Shown: positions 1-14,751 of the stretch, piece by piece
How the letters are laid out: each line of letters begins with the position of its first letter
How positions within the stretch are numbered: position 1 is the first letter of the stretch
Origin: Eledone cirrhosa
Lineage: Eukaryota
Reading direction: 5' to 3'
NCBI GenBank assembly: GCA_964016885.1
Contig: OZ024743.1
Span: 279,124,001-279,188,000 of the forward strand
Length of the DNA: 64,000 nucleotides
Notes under the pieces: model-generated
The model's database searches: none
The model's input: the letters and a program-made list of their open reading frames with translations, nothing else
What the model was told of the DNA's origin: nothing
Position numbers and translations under genes: made by a program

Positions 1-39
1 ATAAAAGAAACAGCCCTAAGTATTTTTTACGATTCGCTC

Positions 40-810
40 TGTTCATTGCTAAACATTAGCTGCAAAACATCGCAGCAGTAGATAATATATTACCTTGTAG
101 AATGTTATTAAAGCTGTGCATATCCGTTGAATAATACATTTTTTTGTAGAAAAAAAAAATTTCCATTAAAATGAACACGAATGTGACACTGTTTTATTAC
201 ATACGAATATTTGGTCTTTTTCTAAAAGAAACTACTGGCATCATTTTCATAATCTATAGAATAATATTTTGGAATTTTTTAAGACGTGTGATGCGAAAAT
301 GTGTGATGAGCTAGAAAACCAAAGAAATGACATCTCTATCTTTCTGACATCTTCAACGAATTAAATGAGGTGTACATCAAATGTCAGGGCAACAATAAAA
401 ATCTGATTAGAGTAAAAACATTTTTTTTTATTAATAAAATGACATTTTATAAAAATAGTATTACAAGACGAGATTTTCATTAGTTTCTAATTATAAGAAC
501 TAATAGTAGTGATTTGATATTAGATACAGATGGGGAGGACTATTTTCTCTGTTTTAGGTAAGGAAAAATGATATAAAAACCAAATTTAAAGTCTTTGGTG
601 AGCTAAAAATACGCGAATTGGCAATAATATTTGTGACTCACTTTTTGCTTATCCAAACATATTTGAAGATTTAATAGACATACAAAAGAACTTTGAAGTT
701 TGCGTATTAAGAATTTGAGTCAAACGTACAAAACAAGAAATAGCTTCTCGATACTTTTTATTTTTTCATACATGATCGAGAGAGGATTCAATATCATGTT
801 GCAACTATGT
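40..810 (+). pseudogene. Decayed hAT (Charlie/Buster, ZBED8/SCAND3-like) transposase remnant
   Basis: Manual translation gives VHC*TLAAK (~40-66), LLHTNIWSFSK (~195-227, cf. LLHTEVRWLSK), YLSDIFNELNEVYIKCQGNN (~337-396, cf. YLADIF..LN.LN..LQG) and MIERGFN (~772-792, cf. hATC ERGFS). Many stops and frameshifts. Confidence 0.65.
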
Positions 811-1386
811 GACTTTCAACTTACAAAAGAATACAAATCATTTCTATAGTTATTGATTTATTTACTACTGTTAAATCTATCGGGTTTGGTGTTAGCTTAT
901 ACAAATATCTGGAATGAGGGGATAAGCGAAACATATTTAAGAAGGACTGTTGCAATCTTTCCTCGTTGACACGATATTTATATTTCAGAAAGACATCAGA
1001 CCCTACATTTATGACCCTAAGTCTTTCGCACGTGACCATTATATTTTTATTCACCCCGTGCGATAGGAAAGCAAAATCGACTTCGGATGGGGTTAACATT
1101 TAAAGGGAGTAATTAAATTTTATCAAGTCTAGAAGACCAAAGACAAAGCTGACTTCTGTTCAAATTTGAACTTAGAACGTACAAGGATGTAACTGAAGAC
1201 ACCCCCCCCCCCACACACACACACCAATATCGTTCAAATTTCTACCTATTCTGAAATTCATTACCTCTCTAAAAAAAAACTACAACATCAATAAAAGATA
1301 TCGACAACAACAAGATAAACACCAACAATAAAATAATGATCAAGATAATAACACTGAAGAAGAAAATGAATTAGAAAGATATAGAA

Positions 1387-1470
1387 AGAAAAAGAAAAAG
1401 AAAAAGAAAAAGAAAAAGAAAAAGAAAAAGAAAAAGAAAAAGAAAAAGAAAAAGAAAAAGAAAAAGAAAA
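1387..1470. repeat. (GAAAAA)n hexanucleotide microsatellite
   Basis: Directly visible. Confidence 0.95.
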
Positions 1471-2318
1471 TAAGAGTAGAATTATAAGGTGAAACAAAAA
1501 GCCAATTTTAAGAAAAGACCAGCACCCCTAACAACTCCCACATATCTCCCTTCCACTATATTCTAAATTGAGACAGATATTTCAGCTTTAAATATGGTTG
1601 AACTTTCTTCATTTTCATTTAGTCAGTCGCCATTTTCTCTCCCAACACCCTTTTCCCCCCCTTCATAACCACGTCAATCTCTCTTTATCATACTGTCCAT
1701 TAAGTTCTCCCACCCCGATTGTAATTTTACTCTGTCTTCTAATAAACAAAGAAAACACTCTAGAACATTCTTTACTGATTTTCGTATATATTTTTATAAA
1801 TATTTTATAACGATCGTTTAAATATATTTTTTTGTGGTTTTAAATTTTGTCTTTTCTACCAAAGTTCTACAAGCATTTTTGTTTTCAGTTCATTATATAT
1901 ATATATATATTTAATTTCTTTTCCTGAATTTTCGGCCACACTTCATTTATTTTCTTTCATTATTTAATTTTATCTCTTCCTTTCCTTCTAACCTTTCCTT
2001 CTTTCTTTCGTTTTCCTTTCCTGTCTTCCTTGTTCTCTTTACTCCTTTCATTCTTTCTAACTTATTTTGACTTTTCCACAAGAATGTTCTTAATATTTTT
2101 TTAGTTTCCTCTTAATTCCCCCCTCTTTATCTCATTCAATATTATTCTACTAACGTCATTCACCCGTCATTGTCATCATCATCCTTTTCTTTCACTTGCT
2201 CTCACTGTGACTCCCTACACATTTCATTTTATATTTCTCATTTTTTTTAATGCAAGCATTTACTCTCTTTCACTTCTATCTCTCACACTTTCTAAATCAC
2301 ATTTTGCCGTTCCTTTAC

Positions 2319-2424
<106 letters not shown>

Positions 2425-3387
2425 TCTCACCCACGCCTGGTCTATTCTTCGATATTCTTCTCTCCATGTGTATCTCATTCGCTCAAAAAACTTCTTCAAT
2501 TTCATTATAATCCTTTTTACATCGTATTTCCTCTGGTCTCCATCTATTTTGCACTAACTTTCTCTCACTCCTATAATCTTACTCCCTTTCCTCTGGTCTC
2601 TCCCTCTCCCTAATTTTAATTTATCTTCTATCACTACCTTCTCTCCCCCCGTTCATTTGATTTTTTCCCTCCTATTTTCTCACGTTCATATTCTCGGTTA
2701 GTTTCCACTTCCATTAATTTTTAGTTTTTCCTCTGTTTCACTTTCACTCACTCTGTATTCATTTTTAATCTCTTCTTCATTCTCTCCTACTCCGTTGCTT
2801 TCACATAAAGGCAAGGTCCCTTCACAGAGCATTGTCTAAAAATGTAGAAAAAAAACCTTGGTTAATCTATTGTCAGAGGAATTCGCTCCCCTGATTTGAA
2901 ATTGTGAGGATAGTTTAGGTTGATTACATAGTTTTTATCATTCACCATATTCAGAATCCAAGCCTCTACGTTTATTTATGCATTTCCTGCAGATCACTCC
3001 CATCAAACATTTTCGCCTCTAACCTTCCTTGACATACATAATCAAAGTATAATTACTTTCTCCTTTTCGTTATATATTTAGCCGTGTTCCAGACAAGTCA
3101 ACTTGCTAAGTGAGGCTGATTGTCTTAGAAGATCTTCTGAGATAGAAGGATGTCTGACCCATTCAACAAATTCCCCACTTAGGGCATTTTCTAAATTCGT
3201 TCTAGGAGCTCTCTATATTGCTTACCTCTCACTATCTGACCACCCCCAAAATGAGATTTTGACTTGAAATTGCATGGATAATGTCAATTGATATTTTTCC
3301 TGCAATCATCTTCAGAATGCGAGATTCTGCTTCTATGTATATAATTAATTCGGGGCGCTTCTCTTAGGATATTTCAGCTGTGGCATT

Positions 3388-3436
<49 letters not shown>

Positions 3437-4937
3437 CTGTGTATACGTGCGTGTGCGTGAGTTTTGAAATCTGGTTTCTTAGGCGTTTACGAAAGAGAAA
3501 AAAACTGTTGTTTCTCGCTTAATCAGTAGGAAAGAAGATGCTCATGTCTCTGGCAAGAGAAAGCTAGCAAGATATCCTAAAAACCGGAGGCCTGACCTGA
3601 ATGTTTGCAACCGAATGTTTACTCTGCTAAAAGTACAAAAGACACGGATGATAGTGTTAAATATGGAAAGAAATTATAGCTACCGCCCAAATAGAGAATA
3701 GCAGAATTTGAACTCAGAACGCAAGGAAGCGGAATAAATACCACAATTAATTTCATCAGAGGTTCTAACACTTCTGCCAAATTTCTACTACCTATTATTC
3801 GCAGTTTAATAAAAAACAAATTAACGGGAATCATTTCGCAATTCAGAAACAAAACTCAGTTAATGACTAATGCTATTTTGAATCTTACAGCAAGTATGGC
3901 AGGCAACTTAGGAAGTATTTCTGTGTCATTATCCTTTCTCAGTAAAGTATATATATATTATCACACTTACCGACATGCTGATGAAAGAGCCACTAAGTAT
4001 ATATGCTGGAATGTATATTTATTGGCGTAGAAATATTTTTCAAAATGTGTTTAAGGTATAAATTTCGCTTGGGTTCTATCCTTAAAGATAAGCAATAGCA
4101 ATGTAAGCGTTAATATATTTCAGACAAAGAGCTTAGAAAAATCAAACTAGATAAAAATTAAAAGAAATAACAAAAAGAGTGGTATTGTGCCTATGTTCCA
4201 AATATGTGATCTTGAAGGCTGCTGATGAAGAAATTGGTAACACAACAGAAACAAATTCTTTGCAGCTTTTAAGTTCTTGTGTTCAAATCCCAGGTTAATG
4301 TTGATTTTCATCCCCAACAAGTTCGTTAGAATATGTACCAGTACTGTGATTGATGTAATCAGTTCTCTTCTTGTTCAAAGTCTGCGAAGGTTCTTATATG
4401 CACCTCAGGGTGTCAGTGCATGATTTTCGTACACGCGTATCTGTATTTGTGTGAGTACGTATGTATGTATGCATATGTATGCATACATAGGTACTACATC
4501 GGTTTATATGTGTAAGCATGTGTCTACGTACTTAATTGTACGTGTGTGTTTCCATGTGCGTGTTTGAGTGCGTGAGTGTGTCTGTTTTTCTATTTACTTG
4601 CTTGTGAGCATGTGTGTATGTGTATGCGTGTGTGTAACAACTGACAGCCTATATATATGGAACATGAGAACATCCAAGAATACATAAAGAAAGAGGAAAC
4701 CCAGAATGAAAATCAAAAGAAAATCTTCAAAGCTACGTATTTGTGTTGTGTATACTTTGGTTGTGTTGTGTTGGTATGTGTGTATACAGGCCAGCCAGTT
4801 TGTATCTCTATGTATATATGTATACATTTACTTATGCATAGATGAATGTATGCACGCACAGATATACGAATATGTGGGTTGTATTTCCCTCACTCATCAT
4901 CATCGTTTAACATCCGTTTTCCATATATACGAATATA

Positions 4938-4939
<2 letters not shown>

Positions 4940-4998
<59 letters not shown>

Positions 4999-5029
4999 CA
5001 TATATACATATATATAAACATATATATAT

Positions 5030-5099
<70 letters not shown>

Positions 5100-5153
5100 A
5101 ATATATATATATATAAACATGTTTTAACGGTTTGTTCTCCTTTATATACTTCT

Positions 5154-5221
<68 letters not shown>

Positions 5222-5247
5222 AGAAGTATATAACGGAAATTTCAATG

Positions 5248-5325
<78 letters not shown>

Positions 5326-5390
5326 CACATATATATATATATGTGTGTGTATGTGTGTGTAGGGGTGTGTACATATATTTGTGTGTGTGT
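4940..5390. repeat. (TA)n/(CA)n microsatellite cluster containing a short palindrome (5142-5233)
   Basis: TTATATACTTCTCC-(AT)n-GGAGAAGTATATAA. Confidence 0.9.
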
Positions 5391-5771
5391 TAAATATTTA
5401 GTGATAAACCACAAACATATTCTGAAGGATCTAATGGTAGAATTGGTAACATTAGAGAATGAAAATATTCCAGAAAACATTCATTGTCGGCGAAGAGCGC
5501 GATGAACAAAGACCAAAGAATATCCGACGATTTACAGCAGGGTTATAATGACAGTGAGGGTTCTTTAACCTGGTAGATGCCTCCGGTCAGGAATTCTGGG
5601 ACGTGACTACAGAGCTTTGTGTAAATACTTATGGTTGAATATAATACGTACGATTATAGTTCTGTGAGAAACGTATGTGAGTGAGTGAATGAATGAGTGC
5701 TGTGTTGTCTCTGAATCCCTGAGTGTGGGTGAATGTATGGGAGAACGGTTGAATGTGTCAATAGCTTTGTT

Positions 5772-5806
<35 letters not shown>

Positions 5807-5999
5807 GCGTGTGTGTGTGTGTGTGTGAGTGTGTGTGTGTGTGTGTATGCATGTGGGTGTGTGTATGTTTGTACGTGAAAGAGTAAGATGAATGATTGAC
5901 GTGCGCAGGAAAAGAGAGCGAGAATGATGAAGAAAAAGAAAACAGAAAGGACTAAGAAGTGAGATAATGCAATTATAAAAAAATAATTGTTTGTACATT

Positions 6000-6145
6000 A
6001 AGCACAAGGCCAGCAATTTGAAGGGAAGAGAATGAGAAAGTAGATTAAATTGATCCCAGTCGTCACTGGTGCTTTATGTTAGTGACCTCGTTAGGATGAA
6101 AGTTAAAGCTAACCTCAACTATATTTGAATGGAAAACGCAAAAGG
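6000..6145 (-). mobile_element. tRNA-type SINE copy (family repeated through the window)
   Basis: GCACAAGGCCAGCAATT...AGGATGAAAGTTAAAG...ATTTGAA is the reverse complement of the copy at 37795-37972. Confidence 0.75.
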
Positions 6146-6503
6146 CCCTAACAATACTCAGCAAAGTGTCCAACGCACTACCAATACTGACAATCTGCCG
6201 CCTTAATATTTATTTACTTATCGGCTAGTAGGGCCGAAATACAAAGGCTAATTCAAATGAACAGAGAGAGTGAGGATTTGCTTATAAAGTAACGCGTCAA
6301 CAAAGAAACGGGTAACATATACCAACTATTTCATAACGACAGCATTTCCCAATAGATGAGTGTGTGTATAAACCAGAGTAATTCTGGAACCAAATTGATC
6401 TGAAACCAATCAGTTCGCCCAGAGAATCTTAAGAAATTTCCACTCTCCACCCACTGACGCATGCTTACAGAAGGCACATACACTCGAGCCATACTCCCTA
6501 CAA

Positions 6504-6985
6504 TCATCTCCACTTTAAGAAAGAAGGTAGGAGGGGATTACGCATATCCTCCTCCACCCTCGTCTTCCATTTCAAGTGGAATTTAAAAAATAGGTGTGGA
6601 TTGTGTAGAAGAGAATTGTGCTTCTCTTCTGTCTTGTTAGTCGCATCCATCTCACAACCTCTTTCGCCACAGCCACCAGACAGGAACATTTTCCTGCCCT
6701 TCCCGGCCAGTAAAAGGTAGGGTTCGCTCTTCACGATAGAGTTGGTTGCTAGCCGAATCCGTTCTACACGCGATAATAGTTGCATGACAAATCTCCACAA
6801 GTCAGTAATATCCAGGTACAGGAGGAGTGCGTGCAGAACCATTTCTTCGCTCTGCTCGCATCTCAGACAGATCCGTCTTAAAGCATGTCCATGCCTAAAG
6901 AGTTTGTCTCGACTCCGCAGTGCTACCATGTAGCACTGTCAAGCCAGGAGTTTTCTGGATATAAACCATATTCCCTGGACCAAAC
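6504..6985 (-). mobile_element. Tx1/L1-clade LINE ORF2 C-terminal fragment (zf-RVT CCHC)
   Basis: RDKLFRHG..ICLRC..SEEMVLHALL; homologous to the ORF at 46781-47413. Confidence 0.8.
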
Positions 6986-8520
6986 GTGTACTGGAAAAAA
7001 CTTAATTAAATATCCTAATATGTTTGAGACCACTTTTACACAGTGATCAACCTCTTTTATCAAATCTTCCTGCGGCCGTTATTTAGGTGTTGAGGAATCG
7101 GCGAAAGCTGTTGTATATTATATTTATAAGCTTTAATGAGTGAACACGTAGGATTCAGCAAGACCAAAGTGGTCAAATATTTCTAGGTTGCGTAATTTCG
7201 GTGTTCAAATTGGCTATAGACCATATCTTGCAGCTATACATTTGGACAATATGAACAAAAATTCAGTAGATATATCTTTGTAGTAGCATTAACAATATTC
7301 CGAGTAACGTATTCCTTCAATGAACCACACTTTCTGTTAAACGGAGATCTGAACAACTTCATTATTTCAATTTATTCAAGATATAGATTGAATTTTCATT
7401 CAATATTAAAGTGTTGGAATCTTCTATAACATAATTTCAAAGTTTGTGTTTGCTGCAACCGCCATGATGAATTGAAAGAATAATCCTTCCTTGAAGACGG
7501 AATTCTGCTTTCTAAAGTTAATATTTCAGTTATGGTGTCTTTGGGCTATGAGGTTTCTTTGTTAACTCAAACTTCAGCGTGAAAGTATTTCCCTCTATAC
7601 CTATTGTAGATGATGCATACACAGTAGAGTGATACAAAAACTTGTATTTCTTATTAGAAAAAGAAATATTACTGAAAATCTCCAAGTCCTTATACTTTAG
7701 ATCGGATTCCTGTTAGGTTACAGATGTACGGTTGCTTCTTATGTCATTGTTATAGTAGGGACGAAAAGACCCACTGCTTTCTACGGAAGCATTGACGTAA
7801 ACGTACAACAGATCCGCCAAGTAAATATTATATTTTGAAACTTTTATTTCTTGACTCTTTATCACCTGCAACAATTAGCTTCTGAATAGTCTTCAAAGCA
7901 TTAGCTTAAATAGGGAAAGATCCACTGAACATTTCAGACCCTCATTTAAAACAACAACAACAGACTTGAGATGGTCACAATTGGGATGCTTTGAACATAG
8001 GCCAGCTGAATTAATTCTCATTTGACCCTAAATAACATCAGCATGAACAATAAAATCAAGTCGGACAAGGAATAAAGAATGCCTAATCACAGCCAAGCAA
8101 CTTCTAGAAATAGCAGTAAAATTTACATCAAAGGACAACATACTGTCTTTAAAAGGTTTTAAGATATGGTTATCCAGTAGAATGTAGTTACTAATACATT
8201 CTACATATATGCCAGCTGGTTGATCAACAAGAAGAGGAATATATTAAAGGCAATAAAGACCTACAAATAACCTGCGTTTTTAGTATGTTGTGTCACTTTC
8301 TAATCTCACTGGCTACACTGATTTCATAAACCATTCGTTCCAAGGTCTTATTTTGGATGTAGCACCCTTTAGATTAATCAATTATATTTTTGTGCATTTA
8401 AGAGAAAATAAACATATTTTGGAACACATTAGGCGTAAGGTAAAACCAAACGATATTTCAAAAAGTAATTATACATTTCCCTCTATAACTATATCTAATA
8501 AAACACTTACATTATCATAA

Positions 8521-10080
8521 TCTATACTATAATAAAAGCCGTGTCTCTCAGTCTGTCCACCACGCTCTCTATAAATAGGGAGGGAAATAATACTTCACCC
8601 CTCACTCTTTTCCCCCTAACTAACTAACCAAAACGTAACATGCGAACAAACGAAAAGAGTGCGGAGTTTTGGTGGTTGTCTGTGTGTGCGTGTGCACGCG
8701 CATATGTGAGAGTTTCTGTATGTCCTTTAACATATGGACGACGCAACGTAGATTTACAAAAAAACGTTCACTATAATGACATGTTGTTGTTATTGAAAGA
8801 GAAATACAGTGAGAGAAAGTAAAAGGATTTTTTGGGGGTGTTGTTTGTGTGTTTATGTCTTTCAACATATAGACAATGCAACACAGACTTGAGAAAAAGA
8901 CTTTCACAATAATGACATATGGTTGTTGTTGTTATTGAGAGGGCAATAAAATGAGAAAGTGTGTGTATGAAAGATAGAATTAAAAACAGGTTGTTGTTCT
9001 TATTGAGAGCGAAATACAGGGAGTGACAGGGGGGGGGGGGGATTGTGTGTGTGTGTGTGCGTAGAGGCAGTTGTCACCACACAAAGATTTTGGGTTGAAA
9101 ACGTGGGAATTTTAAGTGGAAGTCTGTTAACACGTGTGGAAAAATTGTGCAGATGTGTGTTTCTGTATGTCTCAAGGAAAATCTGGCTACAACTACTTCT
9201 AATGAAAGGCACTATCTATAATTTTTAGATCATTATGAAAATACTCAAGAATTCATAGGATTTAGTAAAATTACTAACTTTCTCATAATTAATCTGGTTT
9301 TTAAAATACAACTTAACATTAAATCACAAGGGAAGAGTTTTTGATAAAGATAAACACATTAAAAGAGTCTTCCATCGTAAAACTAGGGATGGTTTCAGGC
9401 GATATTGTATCAAAGGAGTTACATTATAGAAAATTAAAGTTAAATTCTTTATGCAATAAATGAAACAGAGTTATTAAGTTTTACATTTACAATTTCAATT
9501 TGTAGTTTTAACGAACACTACTAAAACTGGCTGCACTCCCTCAGGTCGTTAAACATTCTTTAAGAAGCAGAGCCGCTGAAATAAACATACGGAAAATATG
9601 TTTTCCTACTTCCCAATCCAATGGTGTCTCAGTCTTGTAAAAGGAAAGCAAACCACATTAATTTACTGTGCTTCGGTACCGACGCGTTGATCGGGTGCCT
9701 ACCACCAGTCTACGTCTTCGCCTGAATCTTCGACCCCTTCCTTAAGTGATTCTGCAACGGCGCTTGAGATGATTTGTTCACGCGGCCCGGCGCCCTGAGG
9801 GTGAGCTGATCCGCGATGTTCTCCTCCCACCTCCACTCCCTAAATGGCGCAAGCGCGTTGGCAAGCAGCTAAAGACCTGGGCAACGACGATCAAGGAGGA
9901 CCTCTCCGAACTCTCAGGTCCGCATATGGTCAGAACCACACCAACAAGGTGAACACAAAATACTGTAGAGGAGTATGACAGAAAAGACGACGACGGGGAT
10001 GATGACTATGATGACGATGGTATATCGATAAAGAGATATAGATAAAATAGGATATTACTAAGTGTGATATCGCCGACTAG
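8521..10080 (+). mobile_element. Non-autonomous Helitron 1
   Basis: A|TCTATACTATAATAAAA 5' end; subterminal hairpin GATATTAC-taagt-GTGATATC; CTAG|T 3' end; internal direct repeats at ~8690-8960. Confidence 0.65.
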
Positions 10081-10087
10081 TAACACA

Positions 10088-10985
10088 TCTATATATATAA
10101 AACTGAGGATATCTGTCTGTGTGTGTGTGAGTTTGAATCCCTAAAACTCAAGAACCACCCAGCCGACTCTTTTCAAATTTTATACATGTAATCCTTATGT
10201 TTCAGGGAGTGTTCTGAGTAACAAAAGATTCAAATTTTCAATGCTCTAGGGACCGCATTAGACGATTTAGCGATCTCTCCCTATAATTATTAGTCTTTCT
10301 CTTTTTAGATAGACACATGCATATAACATCGCTCCCTTATAATATCTGTCTGTATGTCTAACTCTCTACATTACGTCACTTCCCTCAGGATGTCTGTGTG
10401 TGTGTCTGTGAGTTTGAATCCCTAAAACTCGAGAAGTACCCAACCGACATTTTTCAAACTTTACATGTGTATTACTTATGTTTCAGGGAGTGTTATGCAC
10501 ATAAAAAATTCAACTTAGGGCCCGCATTAGGTGAAAAACTACGTTGTTTAACATGTTTAGGGTTTTTTTGAGTCATTACGTCAGACTAATTTCCTTGAAA
10601 TTGTAACTATGTATTAGACAGTCTCTTCTTTGTACTGTGAGCAAAGAAAATCCAACTTTTTTATGGCATTAGGTGAGAAACTTCATTTTTTCAGCTTTTT
10701 AGGTCATTTTGAGGCATTACGTCTAGCCGATTTTCCTGAACTTTCAGGGCATATTATGCACATAAAAAAAAATTCATTTTCTTGATCCCATAGGGTCCGC
10801 ATTAGGTGAAAACCTGCATTTTTCCTGCTTCATCGAGGAAAATCTTAAAGATTATCCACTCATCAGAGTATTCGGTTTCTTTTCTTTACATATTGTCCAT
10901 GCATGCAGTTTTTCCACGATTAGGTCTGTTGGCGGCCCGCATTCCAAAATACCTTATCCCGTGCAACGCCGGGTACCACTGCTAG
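10088..10985 (+). mobile_element. Non-autonomous Helitron 2
   Basis: A|TCTATATATATAAAA 5' end; CCCGTGCAACGCCGGG hairpin at 10958-10973; CTAG|T 3' end; internal repeats. Confidence 0.85.
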
Positions 10986-11012
10986 TATATATACATATCT
11001 TCCTCGTGCATG

Positions 11013-11109
<97 letters not shown>

Positions 11110-11153
11110 ATATATATATATATATGTGTGTGTTTGTGCGTGTGTATAAATAA

Positions 11154-11191
<38 letters not shown>

Positions 11192-12198
11192 CTATGTGTG
11201 TGTGCGTGCATGTGTGTATGAATGTGTGTGGTGTGTTTGTGTGTCTGTGGGAATATGTCTGTTGTGGTCTTATACTTGTGTATATATGATAGATGCCAAC
11301 AAGATGACTTGCCGCAAATATCGGGACTTCCAATTTATGAAGTCTATGCTTTTTCTGCTGTTGTATCTTTTTTTTATGTTTGTTTTTCTTTTCGCTGTTG
11401 TTGTTTGGAAGAATATTTTTTGTTGCATCTGAAATTTGCAGAAATAGAAAGGAAGGAAATAGCAGCATAAATAATGAAAAATAGAAGACAAGAAGTAATA
11501 TGTACAAAGAGAAGTGAATGGAGAAGACTGATCGTGAAAGAGAATGACATATACATAGAGAGCAGGAGATACGAGAAATAGAGGTGAAGAGAGATATCAG
11601 CAGAGAGAGCAAGAAAGATTGAGAAAGGGTGAGAGAAAACTGTAAGAAAATAGTAACAATAACAATTGAAAACTAACAAAAACAACCAAAATGTATAATT
11701 TCCAATTATATGTACATATAGCCACACACATGCATTTCCATACACATATATATACCTTATAAACCCATATATATACATTCATATATATATATATATGAAG
11801 CGAATATAATCCAAAAATATATAAGCAGAATCTTTCTAGTAGAAATATTCCTTGATAACTAAGAGAATTCTAGATCCCTTTGTCTTCTTTATTATGCAAT
11901 GTTATCATTAATATACCCATTCCTTACTCTCAAAGTCTCACCCCTTCGTTTCCCCCCTCTTCTGCTTATTCTGTCCTTGCTTTCCTTCTTTCATATATCT
12001 TCTCACTATGTGTCCCCCTCTCAATTTCTCTCGAAGTATCTCTCTCTCTTTTTCTTCCTTACTCACTTCCAACCTCATTGTCATACTCTCTCCAGCCCAC
12101 CTTCTGAGACTTCATATTTTTCTTATGTTGTGGAGTATCATGTTAGAATGCATTATTATTAAGATAAAAAAAAACTGCCAGTCATCTGTTTCTTTACT

Positions 12199-12263
<65 letters not shown>

Positions 12264-12325
12264 CTTATAAACGTTATATATATATATATATATGTGCATA
12301 TATATATATATATATTTATTTATTC

Positions 12326-12356
<31 letters not shown>

Positions 12357-13014
12357 TATGCACCTATATTTATATTAAATATATACAGAGGAAAAGAACG
12401 TATATATATACATATGTTTGTGTGTGTGTGTTTGTGTATATATATATATATATCATAGTTGTGTGTAAGAGTATATGAACGTATGCGTAAACCACATGAT
12501 GTATGCATTCGAATTGTTTTGTAGTATTAAAAAAAAAAAAAATCTTTTTTATTACAATGTTTATATTTTTGGAGCCTTTGTATCAAATAAGCACCAACCA
12601 TTATTATTATTAACTTTTTTATTATTATCATTATTAAAAACTCTGTTGCTGTTATTGTTATGAATTTTTTACTTTTCCTATGTTTGGTCTATTACACACA
12701 GATATATACTCCGCTATCACCAACTGTTTCCCTTGCAACGTATGTATATTATTATCCTGTAATCTTTAGAGGTATTTTTTTGCCCCCAAAACTATTTTTT
12801 CATAGTTTTTCCCCAACGAAAAATTGCTTTATTTTCTTTGGTTGTTGTCCCAACAACTTGTATCACAGTATTTTATTTCGGGTATTTATTCTCCCAATAG
12901 AATCTAGATAAATATTCTTTTTTATTTCAATCTCTGTCAATTGATATATTTGTGTCTTCCCAACCCCTCTCTCGTTCTTTCGCTATCTCACTATTTCTCA
13001 CCCTGCATTTATAT

Positions 13015-13073
<59 letters not shown>

Positions 13074-13295
13074 TAAGTCAAAGATGTACATCCATATATG
13101 TATACTGAAATACTAGTATGTATATGAATACACACACGTATACATATGTAGATGTACCAAGTTTTTTTTTCACTGATCACTTTACTGTGAGTGGCCAGCT
13201 ATTCTGTATGTAAACACACAGACAAACCGGTTTTTAGAGTCATACTGGTTTTTGAGGAAACACCTTTCCTCTATTCTCCAGAAAGCCAGACAAGG

Positions 13296-13340
13296 AATAT
13301 TGAACTAGTTTCGTTGTTGTTACAACTCATCAGCAATATT
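13296..13340 (-). ncRNA. Minimal type-I hammerhead ribozyme, array copy 1
   Basis: Minus strand reads AATATTG-CTGATGA-GTTGT(AACA)ACAAC-GAAA-CTAG-TT-CAATATT: 7-bp stem I, intact core, 5-bp stem II, palindromic ACTAGT stem III, GUU site. Confidence 0.9.
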
Positions 13341-13765
13341 TACCTATCTTCCGGCCTCTCTAGAGAATCGTAAAAGCACATATCGCTATATGCTTTTTCT
13401 ATGAAAATTAGTAGTGGGCAGACCAACTTGCATAGAGTGTGAGTAAGTACCGGTTCAACGGAGACGATAAAAACAAATAACGAAACGAAATTAAATTTCG
13501 TTTCGTTTGTAACTCACTTTTGTATGACTGACGCTCAAACAATTAAGTCAAAGATGTACATCCATATATGTATACTGAAATACTAGTATGTATATGAATA
13601 CACACACGTATACATATGTAGATGTACCAAGTTTTTTTTTCACTGATCACTTTACTGTGAGTGGCCAGCTATTCTGTATGTAAACACACAGACAAACCGG
13701 TTTTTAGAGTCATACTGGTTTTTGAGGAAACACCTTTCCTCTATTCTCCAGAAAGCCAGACAAGG

Positions 13766-13810
13766 AATATTGAACTAGTTTCGTTGTTGTTACAACTCAT
13801 CAGCAATATT
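13766..13810 (-). ncRNA. Minimal type-I hammerhead ribozyme, array copy 2
   Basis: Identical to 13296-13340. Confidence 0.9.
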
Positions 13811-14235
13811 TACCTATCTTCCGGCCTCTCTAGAGAATCGTAAAAGCACATATCGCTATATGCTTTTTCTATGAAAATTAGTAGTGGGCAGACCAACTTG
13901 CATAGAGTGTGAGTAAGTACCGGTTCAACGGAGACGATAAAAACAAATAACGAAACGAAATTAAATTTCGTTTCGTTTGTAACTCACTTTTGTATGACTG
14001 ACGCTCAAACAATTAAGTCAAAGATGTACATCCATATATGTATACTGAAATACTAGTATGTATATGAATACACACACGTATACATATGTAGATGTACCAA
14101 GTTTTTTTTTCACTGATCACTTTACTGTGAGTGGCCAGCTATTCTGTATGTAAACACACAGACAAACCGGTTTTTAGAGTCATACTGGTTTTTGAGGAAA
14201 CACCTTTCCTCTATTCTCCAGAAAGCCAGACAAGG

Positions 14236-14280
14236 AATATTGAACTAGTTTCGTTGTTGTTACAACTCATCAGCAATATT
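14236..14280 (-). ncRNA. Minimal type-I hammerhead ribozyme, array copy 3
   Basis: Identical to 13296-13340. Confidence 0.9.
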
Positions 14281-14706
14281 TACCTATCTTCCGGCCTCTC
14301 TAGAGAATCGTAAAAGCACATATCGCTATATGCTTTTTCTATGAAAATTAGTAGTGGGCAGACCAACTTGCATAGAGTGTGAGTAAGTACCGGTTCAACG
14401 GAGACGATAAAAACAAATAACGAAACGAAATTAAATTTCGTTTCGTTTGTAACTCACTTTTGTATGACTGACGCTCAAACAATTAAGTCAAAGATGTACA
14501 TCCATATATGTATACTGAAATACTAGTATGTATATGAATACACACACGTATACATATGTAGATGTACCAAGTTTTTTTTTTCACTGATCACTTTACTGTG
14601 AGTGGCCAGCTATTCTGTATGTAAACACACAGACAAACCGGTTTTTAGAGTCATACTGGTTTTTGAGGAAACACCTTTCCTCTATTCTCCAGAAAGCCAG
14701 ACAAGG

Positions 14707-14751
14707 AATATTGAACTAGTTTCGTTGTTGTTACAACTCATCAGCAATATT
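14707..14751 (-). ncRNA. Minimal type-I hammerhead ribozyme, array copy 4
   Basis: Identical to 13296-13340. Confidence 0.9.

Noticed and set aside
7000-7860. Possible old Penelope RT remnant on minus
   Set aside because: Only vague motif resemblance by eye; needs a profile search
13191-13373. 60-aa ORF repeated six times (MASYSVCKH...)
   Set aside because: GTG start, no recognisable domain, and antisense to the HHR; it recurs only because the unit recurs
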